Source: Octopus bimaculoides (lineage: Eukaryota). Taken from it: a DNA stretch of 63,769 nt. Below the pieces are notes generated by a model, which saw only the letters and a list, made by a program, of their open reading frames with translations, had not been told where the DNA came from and did no database searches. The stretch spans positions 124,583,051-124,646,819 of the forward strand of contig NC_068984.1 of NCBI RefSeq assembly GCF_001194135.2. Reading direction: 5' to 3'. Made by a program: the position numbers and the translations under genes. Positions within the stretch are counted from its first letter, which is position 1, and each line of letters begins with the position of its first letter. Shown here piece after piece: positions 1 through 12,865 of this stretch.

Positions 1-109
1 ATATATATATATATATATATATAAATAATACAAAGAATATATATGCATGTATACACACATATATGTACACACTTACATCTACAAGTGTATATAGATGCAT
101 ATCAGGGTA

Positions 110-300
110 CAGGACGTTAGAAAAATGAACTACAGACAACAGAACGAACACATAGGAAAACAGATAGCCACTTGGAATTATTCCTTCATCAGCCGCGTCT
201 ATTCTAACTAGGCGTTTCGAAGATAAGGCAGATTGCACTCTAGAATAGTCTCTTCCTGAGTAGTAGATCGACCCACTAAACAGAGGATTCCAAGGTGGCA
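110..300 (-). mobile_element. Degenerate Penelope-like terminal-repeat remnant (weak hammerhead-like motif at 201-246)
   Basis: Minus strand reads ATTCT-AGAGTGCAATCTGCCTTATCTTC-GAAAC-GCCTA-GTT-AGAAT, with ATTCT/AGAAT able to pair. A CTGATGAAGGAATAATTCC motif follows. The catalytic core is degenerate. Confidence 0.3.
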
Positions 301-949
301 AACACAAACCAAGACAGGAAAAAATAGACAGTAAAAACAACATTAAAAAGCCGTAGGGCCAAACGCGAAACTGATATTGAACGCTAGTGATTTGACGAAG
401 CTGGACAGAGAAAAACAGTTCGTCTCGCCTTCATAGTGGCTGGAGTGAAAAAGAGAGAGTTGACCACAGGTCACATGTGAGCAGAGAGGATGGTAGAGGG
501 AGGAAGTGGAACAAGGAGGAAGAGAGAGATGTGTATAGCAGTGAAGTAGAAGCCAGGACAACAGAAGGAAGCAGAGCGAGAGGAGGAGAGTGGTGATGTT
601 CATGATGGTGGTCGTGATGGTAGTGGTGGTGGTGGCGGTGGTGGTGGTAGTTTTGGTGACAGGGGGTGATGGCGGCGGTAGTGGTGGAGGTTTGAGGACG
701 GATATCGATAACGACGACAGCGATGATGATTTCCCCGACGACGACAACAACAACGACAACGACGACGATAACATTGTTTTGTTACACCAATGGTGTGACG
801 GTAGCATTTATTTATTTATTTATTTATTTATTTATAATTTTGACTTTGATGGGGTTTTCTTGTTTAAAACATGGCTGCGAAGGGAAAGGATAATGATGAT
901 CGTAATGATGATAATGGTAACACTAGAGTGCGATTGTGATGGCGATGGT

Positions 950-962
950 GGTGATGATGGCT

Positions 963-1036
<74 letters not shown>

Positions 1037-1055
1037 GGTGGTGGTGGTGAGGATG

Positions 1056-1120
<65 letters not shown>

Positions 1121-1130
1121 GGTGGTGATG

Positions 1131-1216
<86 letters not shown>

Positions 1217-1242
1217 GGTGGTGGTGATGATGATGAGGATGA

Positions 1243-1274
<32 letters not shown>

Positions 1275-1345
1275 ATGATGAGGATGGTGATGATGATGAT
1301 GATGATGATGATGATTATGATGATGATAATGATGATGATGATGGT
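950..1345. repeat. Compound (GAT)n/(GGT)n microsatellite with alternating blocks
   Basis: Directly visible. It generates the poly-D/G and poly-M/V ORFs. Confidence 0.97.
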
Positions 1346-1544
1346 GGTGGTGAGGGGGGTACGCTGCTAAGAATTAACGATAGAGACAACTCCCTTTTAC
1401 CCTAGCAGACACACCAACGTTGTACGTAGCACCTTATCGCCGCCATCTTTCGCTGCCTCCAAACGAATCGACATATCCACTGTCACCCAAGCACTGGAAA
1501 GATAACATTCCTCCACAAACTTCCCCGCCCCAAGAAAACTCATT

Positions 1545-1615
1545 TCTTCTTCTTCTTCTTCTTCTTCTTCTTCTTCTTCTTCGTTATCATCATCATCATC
1601 ATCATCATCATCCTC
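1545..1615. repeat. (CTT)n-(CAT)n microsatellite
   Basis: Directly visible. Confidence 0.95.
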
Positions 1616-1851
1616 GTCGTCGCTCTCAGCATCTTCACCATTGTTGTAACTAAAATTCATTTTCTGACATAAAATGTTCTGTGTCTCTGTTTTCACTAAT
1701 TTCTCACCGAATTTCACTTAGCGGACGCAAACGAATCATCATTTATAGGGAAAAACTGTGTGTGTACTTGTGCACTCACACGAACACACAGAGACACACA
1801 TGCACACACATTATATACGAATATAAATACATCTATGCATACACAAATGTC

Positions 1852-1911
<60 letters not shown>

Positions 1912-2244
1912 GGTGTCTCTCTGTCTGTCTGTTTGCCTGCCTGTCTATCCCGTTCTCTCCCTCTATATGTGTGTGCGTATGTGTGTGTGTGTGTGTGTAT
2001 ATGTATATATATANNNNNNNNNNNNNNNNNNNNNNNNNNNNNNNNNNNNNNNNNNNNNNNNNNNNNNNNNNNNNNNNNNNNNNNNNNNNNNNNNNNNNNN
2101 NNNNNNNNNNNNNNNNNNNNNNNNNNNNNNNNNNNTGTATATATGCATGTGTGTGTGCGTGTGTGTGTATGAATGCATATATATGTGTATATCTGTGAAT
2201 ATGTATGTATATGTGTTTGTGTGCGTGCGTATGTGTGTGTGTAC

Positions 2245-2275
<31 letters not shown>

Positions 2276-2539
2276 TGTATGTATGCATGTATGGATGTGT
2301 ATAAATGTGTTTGGCTGAATGACTGTGTGGCTGTCAGATTGTATGATGTCTGACTACATATCTATTTTTCAGTCTTTTATCTCCGCATTTCATCTTTCTA
2401 GTTATTGGTAGCCCTATACATATGTCAGAACCTGTAGACACATACTTATTCATATATGTAACTTAATGTGTAGAATCATATATGTTTCTTTCTCAATGTG
2501 TGTGCCTATGTAGTTGTGTGGTTGTGTGCGTGCAGTACA

Positions 2540-2609
<70 letters not shown>

Positions 2610-2624
2610 AATAAGTGCGCGCTT

Positions 2625-2818
2625 TTAAAGCCTAGCCAGGCTCATGGGCCCGGTTTCCCAATCGCAGCGTTACTCATTTTTGCTAGCTGAGTGGACTGGA
2701 GCAACGTGAAATGAAGTGTTTTGCTCAAGAACACAACGCGTCGCCCGGTCCAGGAATCGAAACCACAATCTTACGATTATGATGTTGACACCCTAACCAC
2801 TAATCCACGCGTCTCCGC
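2625..2818 (-). mobile_element. tRNA-derived SINE, internally deleted
   Basis: Minus strand begins GCGGAGACGCGTGGATTAGTGGTTAGGG (A-box-like) and contains GGTTTCGATTCC (B-box-like). Confidence 0.75.
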
Positions 2819-2868
<50 letters not shown>

Positions 2869-3074
2869 CTCTTTATCAACATTTAGAAAAGTTTGACAGT
2901 GAGTCCACTAGACTGTCTTATGTAGGTGAGCAAGCCCAATATCTAAATAAATATGTGCTCTTCTACAAAATATTGTGTATTCCTTTAGTTTAATGTGAGA
3001 ATGCTTTTATATACAACTTGACATAAAAACAAACATTTATATATAATTATTTTCTTATTTTTCACGTTACAGAT

Positions 3075-3276
3075 ATGGCGGACAATTTGAATTCCGTTGA
3101 AAAGCTCTTGCACTGTTTAGAGGATCTGGATTGTCCCCATGTTTTTGGGGTTGATCTGGATTGGATCGTAAACCAGTTCGTTGACTCTAAGGATGACCAA
3201 GATTATTGAATAGCTTCTGTGCATGATTGAACCAACGATGCTGTTTCCCACCGACACGACAGCGGAAGATATGTGA
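3075..3276 (+). pseudogene. Probable HAUS7 (augmin subunit 7)-like N-terminal coding fragment, disrupted
   Basis: Strong acceptor (ttttcttatttttcacgttacag) precedes AT-ATGGCG. Translation is MADNLNSVEKLLHCLEDLDCPHVFGVDLDWIVNQFVDSKDD, then after a frameshift KIIE*LLCMIEPTMLFP. This aligns by eye with recalled human HAUS7 KLKDLNCPFLEGL...SEYRLEILEWMCTRVWP. TAG falls where the W would be. The family call is inference. Confidence 0.4.
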
Positions 3277-3419
3277 ACGCTGCTTTTGTCCTTCGTCATC
3301 TGTGGATCTGATATTTATATATAGACACACACAGACACATATACACATATTCAGAAACACATATACGCGCACACACATACAAACACAGAGGGAGGGAGCG
3401 AGAAAGAGAGAGAGGGGGA

Positions 3420-3587
3420 GAAACCCAGAAATATTTGTATAACTAGAGAATGGTAGATATGGCAGTACGGAGAGGGAGAAAGTGAGGCAGGTAAAGATAT
3501 GGATTAAGTGAGAGAGAGGGGGAGAGAGAAATGGAGAGAGATATAGGGAGAGAGAGTGAGTGAGACAGGGAAAGATATGGATTAAGT

Positions 3588-3624
<37 letters not shown>

Positions 3625-3842
3625 GGAGACAGAGATGGAGAGATAGAAAGAAAGGGAGAGAGCATGAGTGAGACAGGGAAAGATATAGACTAAGTGTGAG
3701 AGAGAGAGAAAGGGAGAGAGAGGGAGAGAGAGAGAAAGAAAGGGAGAGAGAGGGAGAGAGAGAGAAAGAAAGGGAGAGAGATTGAGTGAGATAGGGAAAG
3801 ATACGGACTAAGTGAGAGAGAGGGAGAGAGAGAGAGAGAGAG
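3420..3842. repeat. GA-rich compound minisatellite with four copies of a ~30-bp core (GTGAGACAGGGAAAGATATGGATTAAGTG-like)
   Basis: Cores near 3481, 3556, 3665 and 3783 are separated by variable (GA)n tracts. Confidence 0.9.
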
Positions 3843-4171
3843 CAAGTCCGAAAGAGTGAAATTGATGCGTGAGATGATATCTTCGATTTAATGCCTGAGC
3901 TCTGCATGTACAAATAAATATATAAACAAATAAATAGAACTGAGTATGAATGTCTTCCCGTCACCTTCCAGCTGGAGCAAGTGACACTGCATTGCGCATA
4001 ATCTGCATTGAATAGTTCTACGAATATACTGAAGTTGTCATTTGAAGTGTATAATAGAGGTAACTGAAGAGAATTGGAGGTCGGAAAGGGTTGTCTTTGA
4101 ATAAATGACTAGACACACACACGCGCGCACAAACACACATGTACGTACATAGATACATATGTATATATATG

Positions 4172-4214
<43 letters not shown>

Positions 4215-6674
4215 GATGGAAAATATCTAATCCTTAGCGAATTCGCAGATGCCTGAAACGTATCCATTAGAACAAATTTCTAATTGCCGTCACGCAAACA
4301 ATACTTTCTTATCACAAAAGAGCCACCGAAGATTTCTGCATATAAACGTTCAGAAAATAGAAAATTCTCAGGCCTCCATCTTGCACACAAGCTAAACCAT
4401 GAGTCATGAATATATCTACTCATGCTGAAAAACATAAATCAAGTTAGGTACCTGTTTCAACAGTCAGCCGCATCTGTGGTATTACCAAGTACAGAAATAT
4501 GAAACTATGAATAACTAAATACCTATGCATATTTCTATACATTAAATATTTACTCTACTAAAGGCATTGATTTTGTTTTTACTCAGTTCATAGAATAAAT
4601 GTGCATGTAATAACACTTACAAAGATACTACTACATAATTATGTACACGTGGATATATGCCTGTGCTTGGGGGGCGTATAGCATGGAAATTAAAAGAAGT
4701 ATATGGAGCTATTTCGAAGATTTTTATCTAACATCTACGAGGTGTTGTATTACGAAATGAAATTCCTAAATCTGTGAAATGATGAATTTGTGTTCAAGGT
4801 AGTTTGGTTGATATTGCAAGATAAATATTTGACTGTCTAAATATAATCCTTTGAATTCGTTAAGGCTAGTGGTAGCGGTCTGTGTTTATAAAGAAAAATA
4901 GTGTAACTTATATTACCGTTCATCATAGCGTTAGTATGCTTAGGTTGAATGTGATTTGGAGCTGTATCTCTGCAGTTTAATACCATTTATATATGATCAG
5001 TAAAAAGACTTGAAGTATAATTTAAAAACATCACTTAATATTGATTAAATAAGTTAATCTTCTTGTGGTTGTTGTTGTTCTTTATCTCTATGATCATTAA
5101 TAATTGAACAGATTCACAATCAATGACATGCTGGCCGTGACTACCTAGATTTTTTTCCTTTTTTTTTTTAGGTAGTTCATCTCAGTTTATATAAAATGTT
5201 AAAATGTTGAAGTTTGATTTGAGAGAGATTTGGCTTGTGTTTCTAGGAGCTCGTGTGACCACACGAAGGCGCCTTAGCTGGCTTGTATATAAAGCTAAGG
5301 TGAACAAATATTTTCAGCCTTCTACTAATATAATTTCGTGAAAGCAAGCTCATTGTTTTCAAGTTAACTATTTCGACTTCGTTTGTATTATTCAGTATAG
5401 TGAGGTGACAGAAGACTTCCAGTATTTCTTACCATTATTCAAAATCCATCTAAGTTCGAATCCCACCAAGCTCAACTTTGTGTTTCATCCTTTCAAGGTC
5501 GATAACATAATGTACCAGTTAAGTACCAGAGTTGATTGTACCTTCTCAGAACCTCACCCTCAAAACTGTTGGCTTTGTGCCTAAATCAGAAACAATTATT
5601 CAATATGAGACTTCTCTAAGACAAGGTCACACTTTTGCGAATGTTAGAGCATCATGCTTTCTGATACTCATAACTCTAAAGTTGCTTTAGTGCAAGGATA
5701 ATTATATCTTTTATATAATGTCTGTTGTGTTATGCTTACGGTTTTGGTGGGTAAGTAAGCACACTTATTTCGAAGGTATTTTACCTCTGACTACTATTCC
5801 AATCTGTTCTTATGCATTGTACAACTAAAGCTGCACGACGAGATTTACTTTTAAAAAGGGCAGAGTGCAAGCTGAGATTTGCCATTTCAAGCAGGTAGAA
5901 CGGTTATACAGAACGGTCGTTACATTGACTCGAGGACCTCGATTGTGTTCTTGAAGCGATATTATTCGTCGCCGCACAGAGTGTAAACATTATAGAATTA
6001 TGAAGTGACCACACCTGCTCAACGTTCAAGACATAGGCATAGGCCATGTCAGCGCATAAGCCATGACACACCGAACCGTACAAAGAGTATTGACGGCAGC
6101 TGGATCAGTAGATATACGTCTATTACTCAAGAACCCAAAGAGCAGGCTCTCATTTATAACATATCACTGCCACAGTTCTTTCATTAATTGTTAAAAGTAC
6201 TTTTGATAACGTCGTACAAATCAGCATTGTTGTTATCAGTTGTAGCATTTTCGTTCATGTCATGCAAGTTTGCATTTTCGGATGTCAAATTGTAATTTGA
6301 TTGACTGCGATTGTGAGTGTACCATTCTTTTGTCAATGTTTTTTCTGTTTAAACCTTTTCTTTGATACTCGCTTTATAAATTTTATTTACTTGTTTTCCA
6401 GGCTCTTATGTTTTGGCGGGAATGGGCGTATCGGATATTATTTCCTTTCTTTTTAGTATCTCTTCCTACTCTTCAGTAAACAAAAGAAATTTTTTCATAA
6501 GAAATCTAACGATTAAAAGACATGCCTTTTTGTTTATTCCAGTTATTGCGATAGACATCCATATTTTATGATGCTTCTTGTTTGTAAAATAATTCAAAAA
6601 AGAAAATATTTTCATCTAGTAATACTTGTTACTAATCTAATTTCCTCGCAACGTCTGTTCACTCAAAATCACAG

Positions 6675-6719
<45 letters not shown>

Positions 6720-6769
6720 TAATAATAATAATGATGATAATGATGATGATGATGATTATAATAATAACC

Positions 6770-6905
6770 CTACGCAAAACACTTTCAATACAGTGAAGAT
6801 AAGAGCACCACAATAAATCACAACACATACCCAAGGCACATAGAGCTGTGCTCGGTAGTGCAGTGAAAGCACGCGATAAAAAGAAGACTTCTGAATAATA
6901 ATAAC
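6770..6905 (+). mobile_element. R4/Dong-type LINE 3' end
   Basis: Encodes LRKTLSIQ* plus a 3'UTR homologous to 56200-56330. Flanked by (AAT)n. Confidence 0.75.
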
Positions 6906-6939
6906 GTCTTAAATAATAGTAAAATCAAGAAATGGTTCT

Positions 6940-7469
6940 CTTGGCTTTTGATTTTAACTGATTGGAAGTGTTATCATGCTAATGTTTTGTATCGGTGTAA
7001 AGCATGAGCTACAGCAAATATTCTGCTCAATACCACAGATTTGCTTGTCAGTTGTTTGGACCATAACCAGTTGAGCATGTCCCTCAGTGGCTGACGATAT
7101 GTGCATTTCTGATGACGAACAGAAGTAATGGGTGAGTATCATAGCCATGTGTTGAGAGGAATTCTTTGGGGTTTGAATAATTCACCTCTGGAAACATGGG
7201 TGTTTCATTCATCATTCATAAACAAACCTTATTCAGAGGCCTTTTGAGCAGGACGGGCTGCTAAGCCTGAAGAAAATTCTAACTCGGTCCCACCTGCAAT
7301 ATCATGTGCTGTTTGTCTTGATATGAGATCACCATATCGCGTACATATGGTTGTGATGCATGAGCCTGGTGTGCTCTTATCAAACGGGTAGTCATGACGG
7401 GTATATTGGGCTTCGTATATTTTACCCCACTGTCACTTTGATGGCACGCGCTGCTCTCTTACTCACTCA

Positions 7470-7470
<1 letters not shown>
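6940..7470 (+). mobile_element. ~520-bp retroposon segment ending in (AAT)n (probable LINE 3'UTR)
   Basis: Clear second copy at 37360-37887. Both end in ...GCTCT(CT)TACTCAGT(AAT)n. Confidence 0.8.
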
Positions 7471-7548
<78 letters not shown>

Positions 7549-7550
<2 letters not shown>

Positions 7551-7785
7551 TCCTACGTAAAATACTGTCTATGTGATCTCAAATTTTAAAGCAAACACAT
7601 AATTTTCTTATGGTTTCTTAAACATTCACTTGAACAAAACTGTACAAATCCAAATGTATGGTACTCTAGGCATAACACCTACATGAACTTCTAACTTGTT
7701 GTCTCTTGAGGTCTCTGGGTGAGACTTGGATCCAACTTGTACAAATGCAAAACAAAAGTCAAACATAAAATAATAATAATAATAA
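7549..7785 (+). mobile_element. R4/Dong-type LINE 3' end, second subfamily
   Basis: Starts directly after (AAT)n with ATCCTACGTAAAATACTGTCTATGTGA (ILRKILSM*) and ends in an AAT tail. Confidence 0.65.
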
Positions 7786-7789
7786 AAGA

Positions 7790-8420
7790 TGTTGTTTTTA
7801 ATTTAGACACCAAGTGAAAAGTTTTGAGTAAGGAGATTAGCCGATGCTGTCCACCCAAGTATTTATTTCATTGAGCCCCGAAAAGATAAAAAGTAAAGTT
7901 GACTTCAACGAAATGTGAACCTAGAATTTAAAAGAGCAGGAATAAATGATGTTAGACATTTTTCCGATGCATAATCACAACGTTATAATACATATGCGTG
8001 GACTCCGATCTATTTTTAGTTGATATTTGAATACTAGTTATCGACGAGAACAATACTTAATTTTATAGATATCGAAAGGATGAAAATTAAAAAAATTGGC
8101 ACCAGCGGAATTTGAACGTAGAACTTAAAGGAAATGCTCTTAATGTCGCAAGTTTAGCAACAGCCATTCTGCTGATTATCACAATATATAATAATAGTGA
8201 TAATTACTAATCAAGGCATAAGACACATATCTATCTAAGGGCTGATGCGTAGTCGATTAAACCGTCCTTATACCTGAGTGGTGAATATTTTATCGACCCC
8301 CGGAAAGATGAAAGCTAAAGTCAATCGCAAAGGGATTTGAACTCAGCGCCTAACAAGTCGTTACTGAATACCACAAGGTAATTTTTTTCACGCTTTAAGG
8401 ATTTTGCCACCCACTATTCT
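7790..8420 (-). mobile_element. Cluster of degenerate SINE copies
   Basis: Repeated ATCGACCCC...GAAAG(G)ATGAAA...AAAGTC...ATTTGAAC motifs at about 7870, 8070 and 8295. Confidence 0.75.
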
Positions 8421-8500
8421 GATAAAATTTTTGCTTATAGCTGTTCTCTTTCCGTGTATTGTAATGTTGTGTAATGTTGTAATGTCGTGTATGTAGGTTG

Positions 8501-9427
8501 TACGACGTGCATTCCAGAAGTTTTGAGACTTTATTCGGAAGAGACATTTATATCTGTCCTAAATACTTGCAATTTTACTATATTGTTACTATGCATGTAA
8601 TAAACTGACCTGCCAACTTCTGTTATTCCAGACAAGAGGAAACGGCTGTAACAACATTTTGAACGCATTTTGAACTTAACACTAGTTGTCACGGCTGACT
8701 AGTTTGCAAAATGTAAACTAGTCGTTTGGGTCGTTTGAAAGCTCGCTATGCAATACAGTTTTGTGTTAAACTAGGCAAAACTGCTACAGAAACTTATGAA
8801 ATGTTCCACACTGCTAATGGATTAACTTTTTCACTGGGACAAGAGGTTCAAGTTCGGTAGAGAGAAGCTGAAAGACAACGAGATGTGTGGGAGGGAGCAG
8901 GATATCATTACGTAAGAACTGGTTGAGAAAATTCACTATTTCCTACATGAAGATCTTCGTGTGTCTACAATGACAATAAGCAAACAATTTGGAATTGTTG
9001 TAGCAATAGTATACAGAATTATTCATGAAGATTTGAAATATGCGCAAAGTCTCTGCATAACTTGTTCCTAAGTGCGCAGTATTGAGCATCCTGGTAACCC
9101 ACTGCTTAACGGAGATGGACATCAAAACTATCCCTCACCCCCAACCCCCTTACAGTCCAGCCTTTTGCTCCCTTTGACTTTTGGTTGTTCTTCAAGCTGA
9201 AGGAGACCCTCAGGGCAGCTGTTTTAAAGAGATTGAGAATTTGGAGGTTGTAACAAGTGTCCTGGACATCAGCACTTTGGAGGCCTTCAAGAAGATCCTG
9301 GAGCGTTGCAATGAATACATTATAGTCAAAGGATCCTACTTCGAACTAGATTAGAGATTTTGTACTTCTTTGAAATTAATAAATGTCTCTTCTGAAAAAT
9401 TCTCAAAAATTCTGGAATACACCTTGT
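8501..9427 (+). mobile_element. Mariner DNA transposon, internally deleted and decayed
   Basis: TIRs: TACGACGTGCATTCCAGAAGTTTTGAGAC...AAGAGACATTTAT and ATAAATGTCTCTTCTG...TTCTGGAATACACCTTGT. Residual peptides RYAIQFCVKLGKTATETYEMF and YSPA/FAPFDFWLFFKLK (mariner YSPDLAP motif). Confidence 0.9.
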
Positions 9428-10249
9428 CCCAATTTGATTATGTTTCCAGTTGACGCAACGAGAAAATCTCTCGAGTCAACAAATTAAACGCTACGTGGTC
9501 GCTAAACCTACTAGAAATATCAATCAAATTCCCTCCAAATCATACGCTATCGTGGTAAAAAGGAAAAAAAAAGGTAATGCTTAAAGCTACGTTAGACACT
9601 GCTGTATTAAAGACGTTATGTGTGGCATAAAAAGAAAATAACTATCAGAGTGTTTCAGCCGAGAACGCTCTTGATCATGAAAAAAATAAAAGAAGAAAAA
9701 CAGTGAGATGTTCATTGGTCACAAGTTAATGCTGAGTCGAAGTTGAGAATAAACAGCACAAACAAGAAGGTAATTTTTAAACGTTGCATGACTGTAAGTT
9801 ATATAATGCATGTACTTCGTTGCTGTAATGCCGTTTCTACCTTCATTATGCCATTGTTATGGTATGCTCGGTATTAATGCGATAAAAAAGTATCAGATTC
9901 TATTCTAACAACCAGAGCAATAAAACATACAGGCCTGTTATATTCCGGGCCAAAAATTCTGATACCATTCTTTAAATAAAAGCCAGTTACAAATCGAGGA
10001 ACCGTATCCAAGAATTTTACAGTTCTGTCTCAGACTTACGAAACTGACACTGAGAATGTTCACCCTTACATGTCTTGGGGGGGGGGGGGTTAGACCGACG
10101 TATGTAGAAAAACTGAACAATGCTGGTGTGGTGGGACTGGTGAGAAAGAAATGTTTAGTGTAAAGTCAATAAAGGCGGGAAACCGCAATTATTCACCTTA
10201 ATAATATTATTTCCCATTTAAACGGACAGGAAGCTAGAAAATAATAGAA

Positions 10250-10352
10250 GGCAAAGTCAGCCTTGGTGGAATTTGAACACAGAACGTAAGACAGACGAAA
10301 TACCGCTAAGCAATTTCGCCCGACGTGCTAACGTTTTTGCCAGCTCGCCGCC
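10250..10352 (-). mobile_element. tRNA-derived SINE, family A, 5' part
   Basis: Reverse complement of the GGCGGCGAGCTGGCA...GTTCAAATTCC head. Confidence 0.85.
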
Positions 10353-11522
10353 ATATGATAATAATATGTAGTAATAATAATAATAATAATTATTATTATT
10401 ATTATTATCATTATTATTATTATTATAATACTTTCGAACATTATTATAATACTTTCGAACACAGGCATAAAGCCTGGGTTAGCCGATTATATCGAATCCC
10501 AGTATTTGACTTGTACAAATATTTAATCGATCCCAATTCATATAATAAAAAGTGAGAACTTAAGAAGGGGAGACTAAAACTTTCAAAATTCGTTGTTAGC
10601 AATATTTTAAGCATATTTAAGATAAATAATGCGTNNNNNNNNNNNNNNNNNNNNNNNNNNNNNNNNNNNNNNNNNNNNNNNNNNNNNNNNNNNNNNNNNN
10701 NNNNNNNNNNNNNNNNNNNNNNNNNNNNNNNNNNNNNNNNNNNNNNNNNNNNNNNNNNNNNNNNNNNNNNNNNNNNNNNNNNNNNNNNNNNNNNNNNNNN
10801 NNNNNNNNNNNNNNNNNNNNNNNNNNNNNNNNNNNNNNNNNNNNNNNNNNNNNNNNNNNNNNNNNNNNNNNNNNNNNNNNNNNNNNNNNNNNNNNNNNNN
10901 NNNNNNNNNNNNNNNNNNNNNNNNNNNNNNNNNNNNNNNNNNNNNNNNNNNNNNNNNNNNNNNNNNNNNNNNNNNNNNNNNNNNNNNNNNNNNNNNNNNN
11001 NNNNNNNNNNNNNNNNNNNNNNNNNNNNNNNNNNNNNNNNNNNNNNNNNNNNNNNNNNNNNNNNNNNNNNNNNNNNNNNNNNNNNNNNNNNNNNNNNNNN
11101 NNNNNNNNNNNNNNNNNNNNNNNNNNNNNNNNNNNNNNNNNNNNNNNNNNNNNNNNNNNNNNNNNNNNNNNNNNNNNNNNNNNNNNNNNNNNNNNNNNNN
11201 NNNNNNNNNNNNNNNNNNNNNNNNNNNNNNNNNNNNNNNNNNNNNNNNNNNNNNNNNNNNNNNNNNNNNNNNNNNNNNNNNNNNNNNNNNNNNNNNNNNN
11301 NNNNNNNNNNNNNNNNNNNNNNNNNNNNNNNNNNNNNNNNNNNNNNNNNNNNNNNNNNNNNNNNNNNNNNNNNNNNNNNNNNNNNNNNNNNNNNNNNNNN
11401 NNNNNNNNNNNNNNNNNNNNNNNNNNNNNNNNNNNNNNNNNNNNNNNNNNNNNNNNNNNNNNNNNNNNNNNNNNNNNNNNNNNNNNNNNNNNNNNNNNNN
11501 NNNNNNNNNNNNNNNNNNNNNN

Positions 11523-11615
<93 letters not shown>

Positions 11616-12051
11616 GAGATAGATAGATAGATATACATACATACATATCTATCTGTATGTGTGTTCATATGTATGTAATGTATTTATGTATGTACGTGTG
11701 TGTGTATGGTTACAGTGGCAATGAAGGTGCATTTTGCGGAGGCGAAGGGTAACGATTTGCCCAGAGAAGTGTGGCAAAAGTAAGGACACTTACACCCCCA
11801 AGAACCCACACCGAACACACCACCACAAGTAGTATGCACACACACACATACACATACACATACTCACACACACGCACAGACACATACACGCTCAAACACA
11901 CACGCACACACAGGCATGTGCACATACACACGCACTTTCATCAATCCACACACACACACACACACACACACTTCATCGTCACAACCGCATATGCATCCAT
12001 CCATCCGTCCATCCATCCATCCCCCCATCGACACCATCCCGTTAGTTTGTT

Positions 12052-12089
<38 letters not shown>

Positions 12090-12791
12090 NNNNNNNNNNN
12101 NNNNNNNNNNNNNNNNNNNNNNNNNNNNNNNNNNNNNNNNNNNNNNNNNNNNNNNNNNNNNNNNNNNNNNNNNNNNNNNNNNNNNNNNNNNNNNNNNNNN
12201 NNNNNNNNNNNNNNNNNNNNNNNNNNNNNNNNNNNNNNNNNNNNNNNNNNNNNNNNNNNNNNNNNNNNNNNNNNNNNNNNNNNNNNNNNNNNNNNNNNNN
12301 NNNNNNNNNNNNNNNNNNNNNNNNNNNNNNNNNNNNNNNNNNNNNNNNNNNNNNNNNNNNNNNNNNNNNNNNNNNNNNNNNNNNNNNNNNNNNNNNNNNN
12401 NNNNNNNNNNNNNNNNNNNNNNNNNNNNNNNNNNNNNNNNNNNNNNNNNNNNNNNNNNNNNNNNNNNNNNNNNNNNNNNNNNNNNNNNNNNNNNNNNNNN
12501 NNNNNNNNNNNNNNNNNNNNNNNNNNNNNNNNNNNNNNNNNNNNNNNNNNNNNNNNNNNNNNNNNNNNNNNNNNNNNNNNNNNNNNNNNNNNNNNNNNNN
12601 NNNNNNNNNNNNNNNNNNNNNNNNNNNNNNNNNNNNNNNNNNNNNNNNNNNNNNNNNNNNNNNNNNNNNNNNNNNNNNNNNNNNNNNNNNNNNNNNNNNN
12701 NNNNNNNNNNNNNNNNNNNNNNNNNNNNNNNNNNNNNNNNNNNNNNNNNNNNNNNNNNNNNNNNNNNNNNNNNNNNNNNNNNNNNNNNNNN

Positions 12792-12865
<74 letters not shown>

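Noticed and set aside
6010-6190. HRTVQRVL...SRLSF, Tc1 HTH-like peptide
   Set aside because: No TIRs or DDE region found; the similarity could be chance.
6401-6570. Strong acceptor followed by GSYVLAGMGVSDIISFLFSI (GPCR TM2-like)
   Set aside because: No convincing donor, no other transmembrane segments nearby, and the motif is too short.
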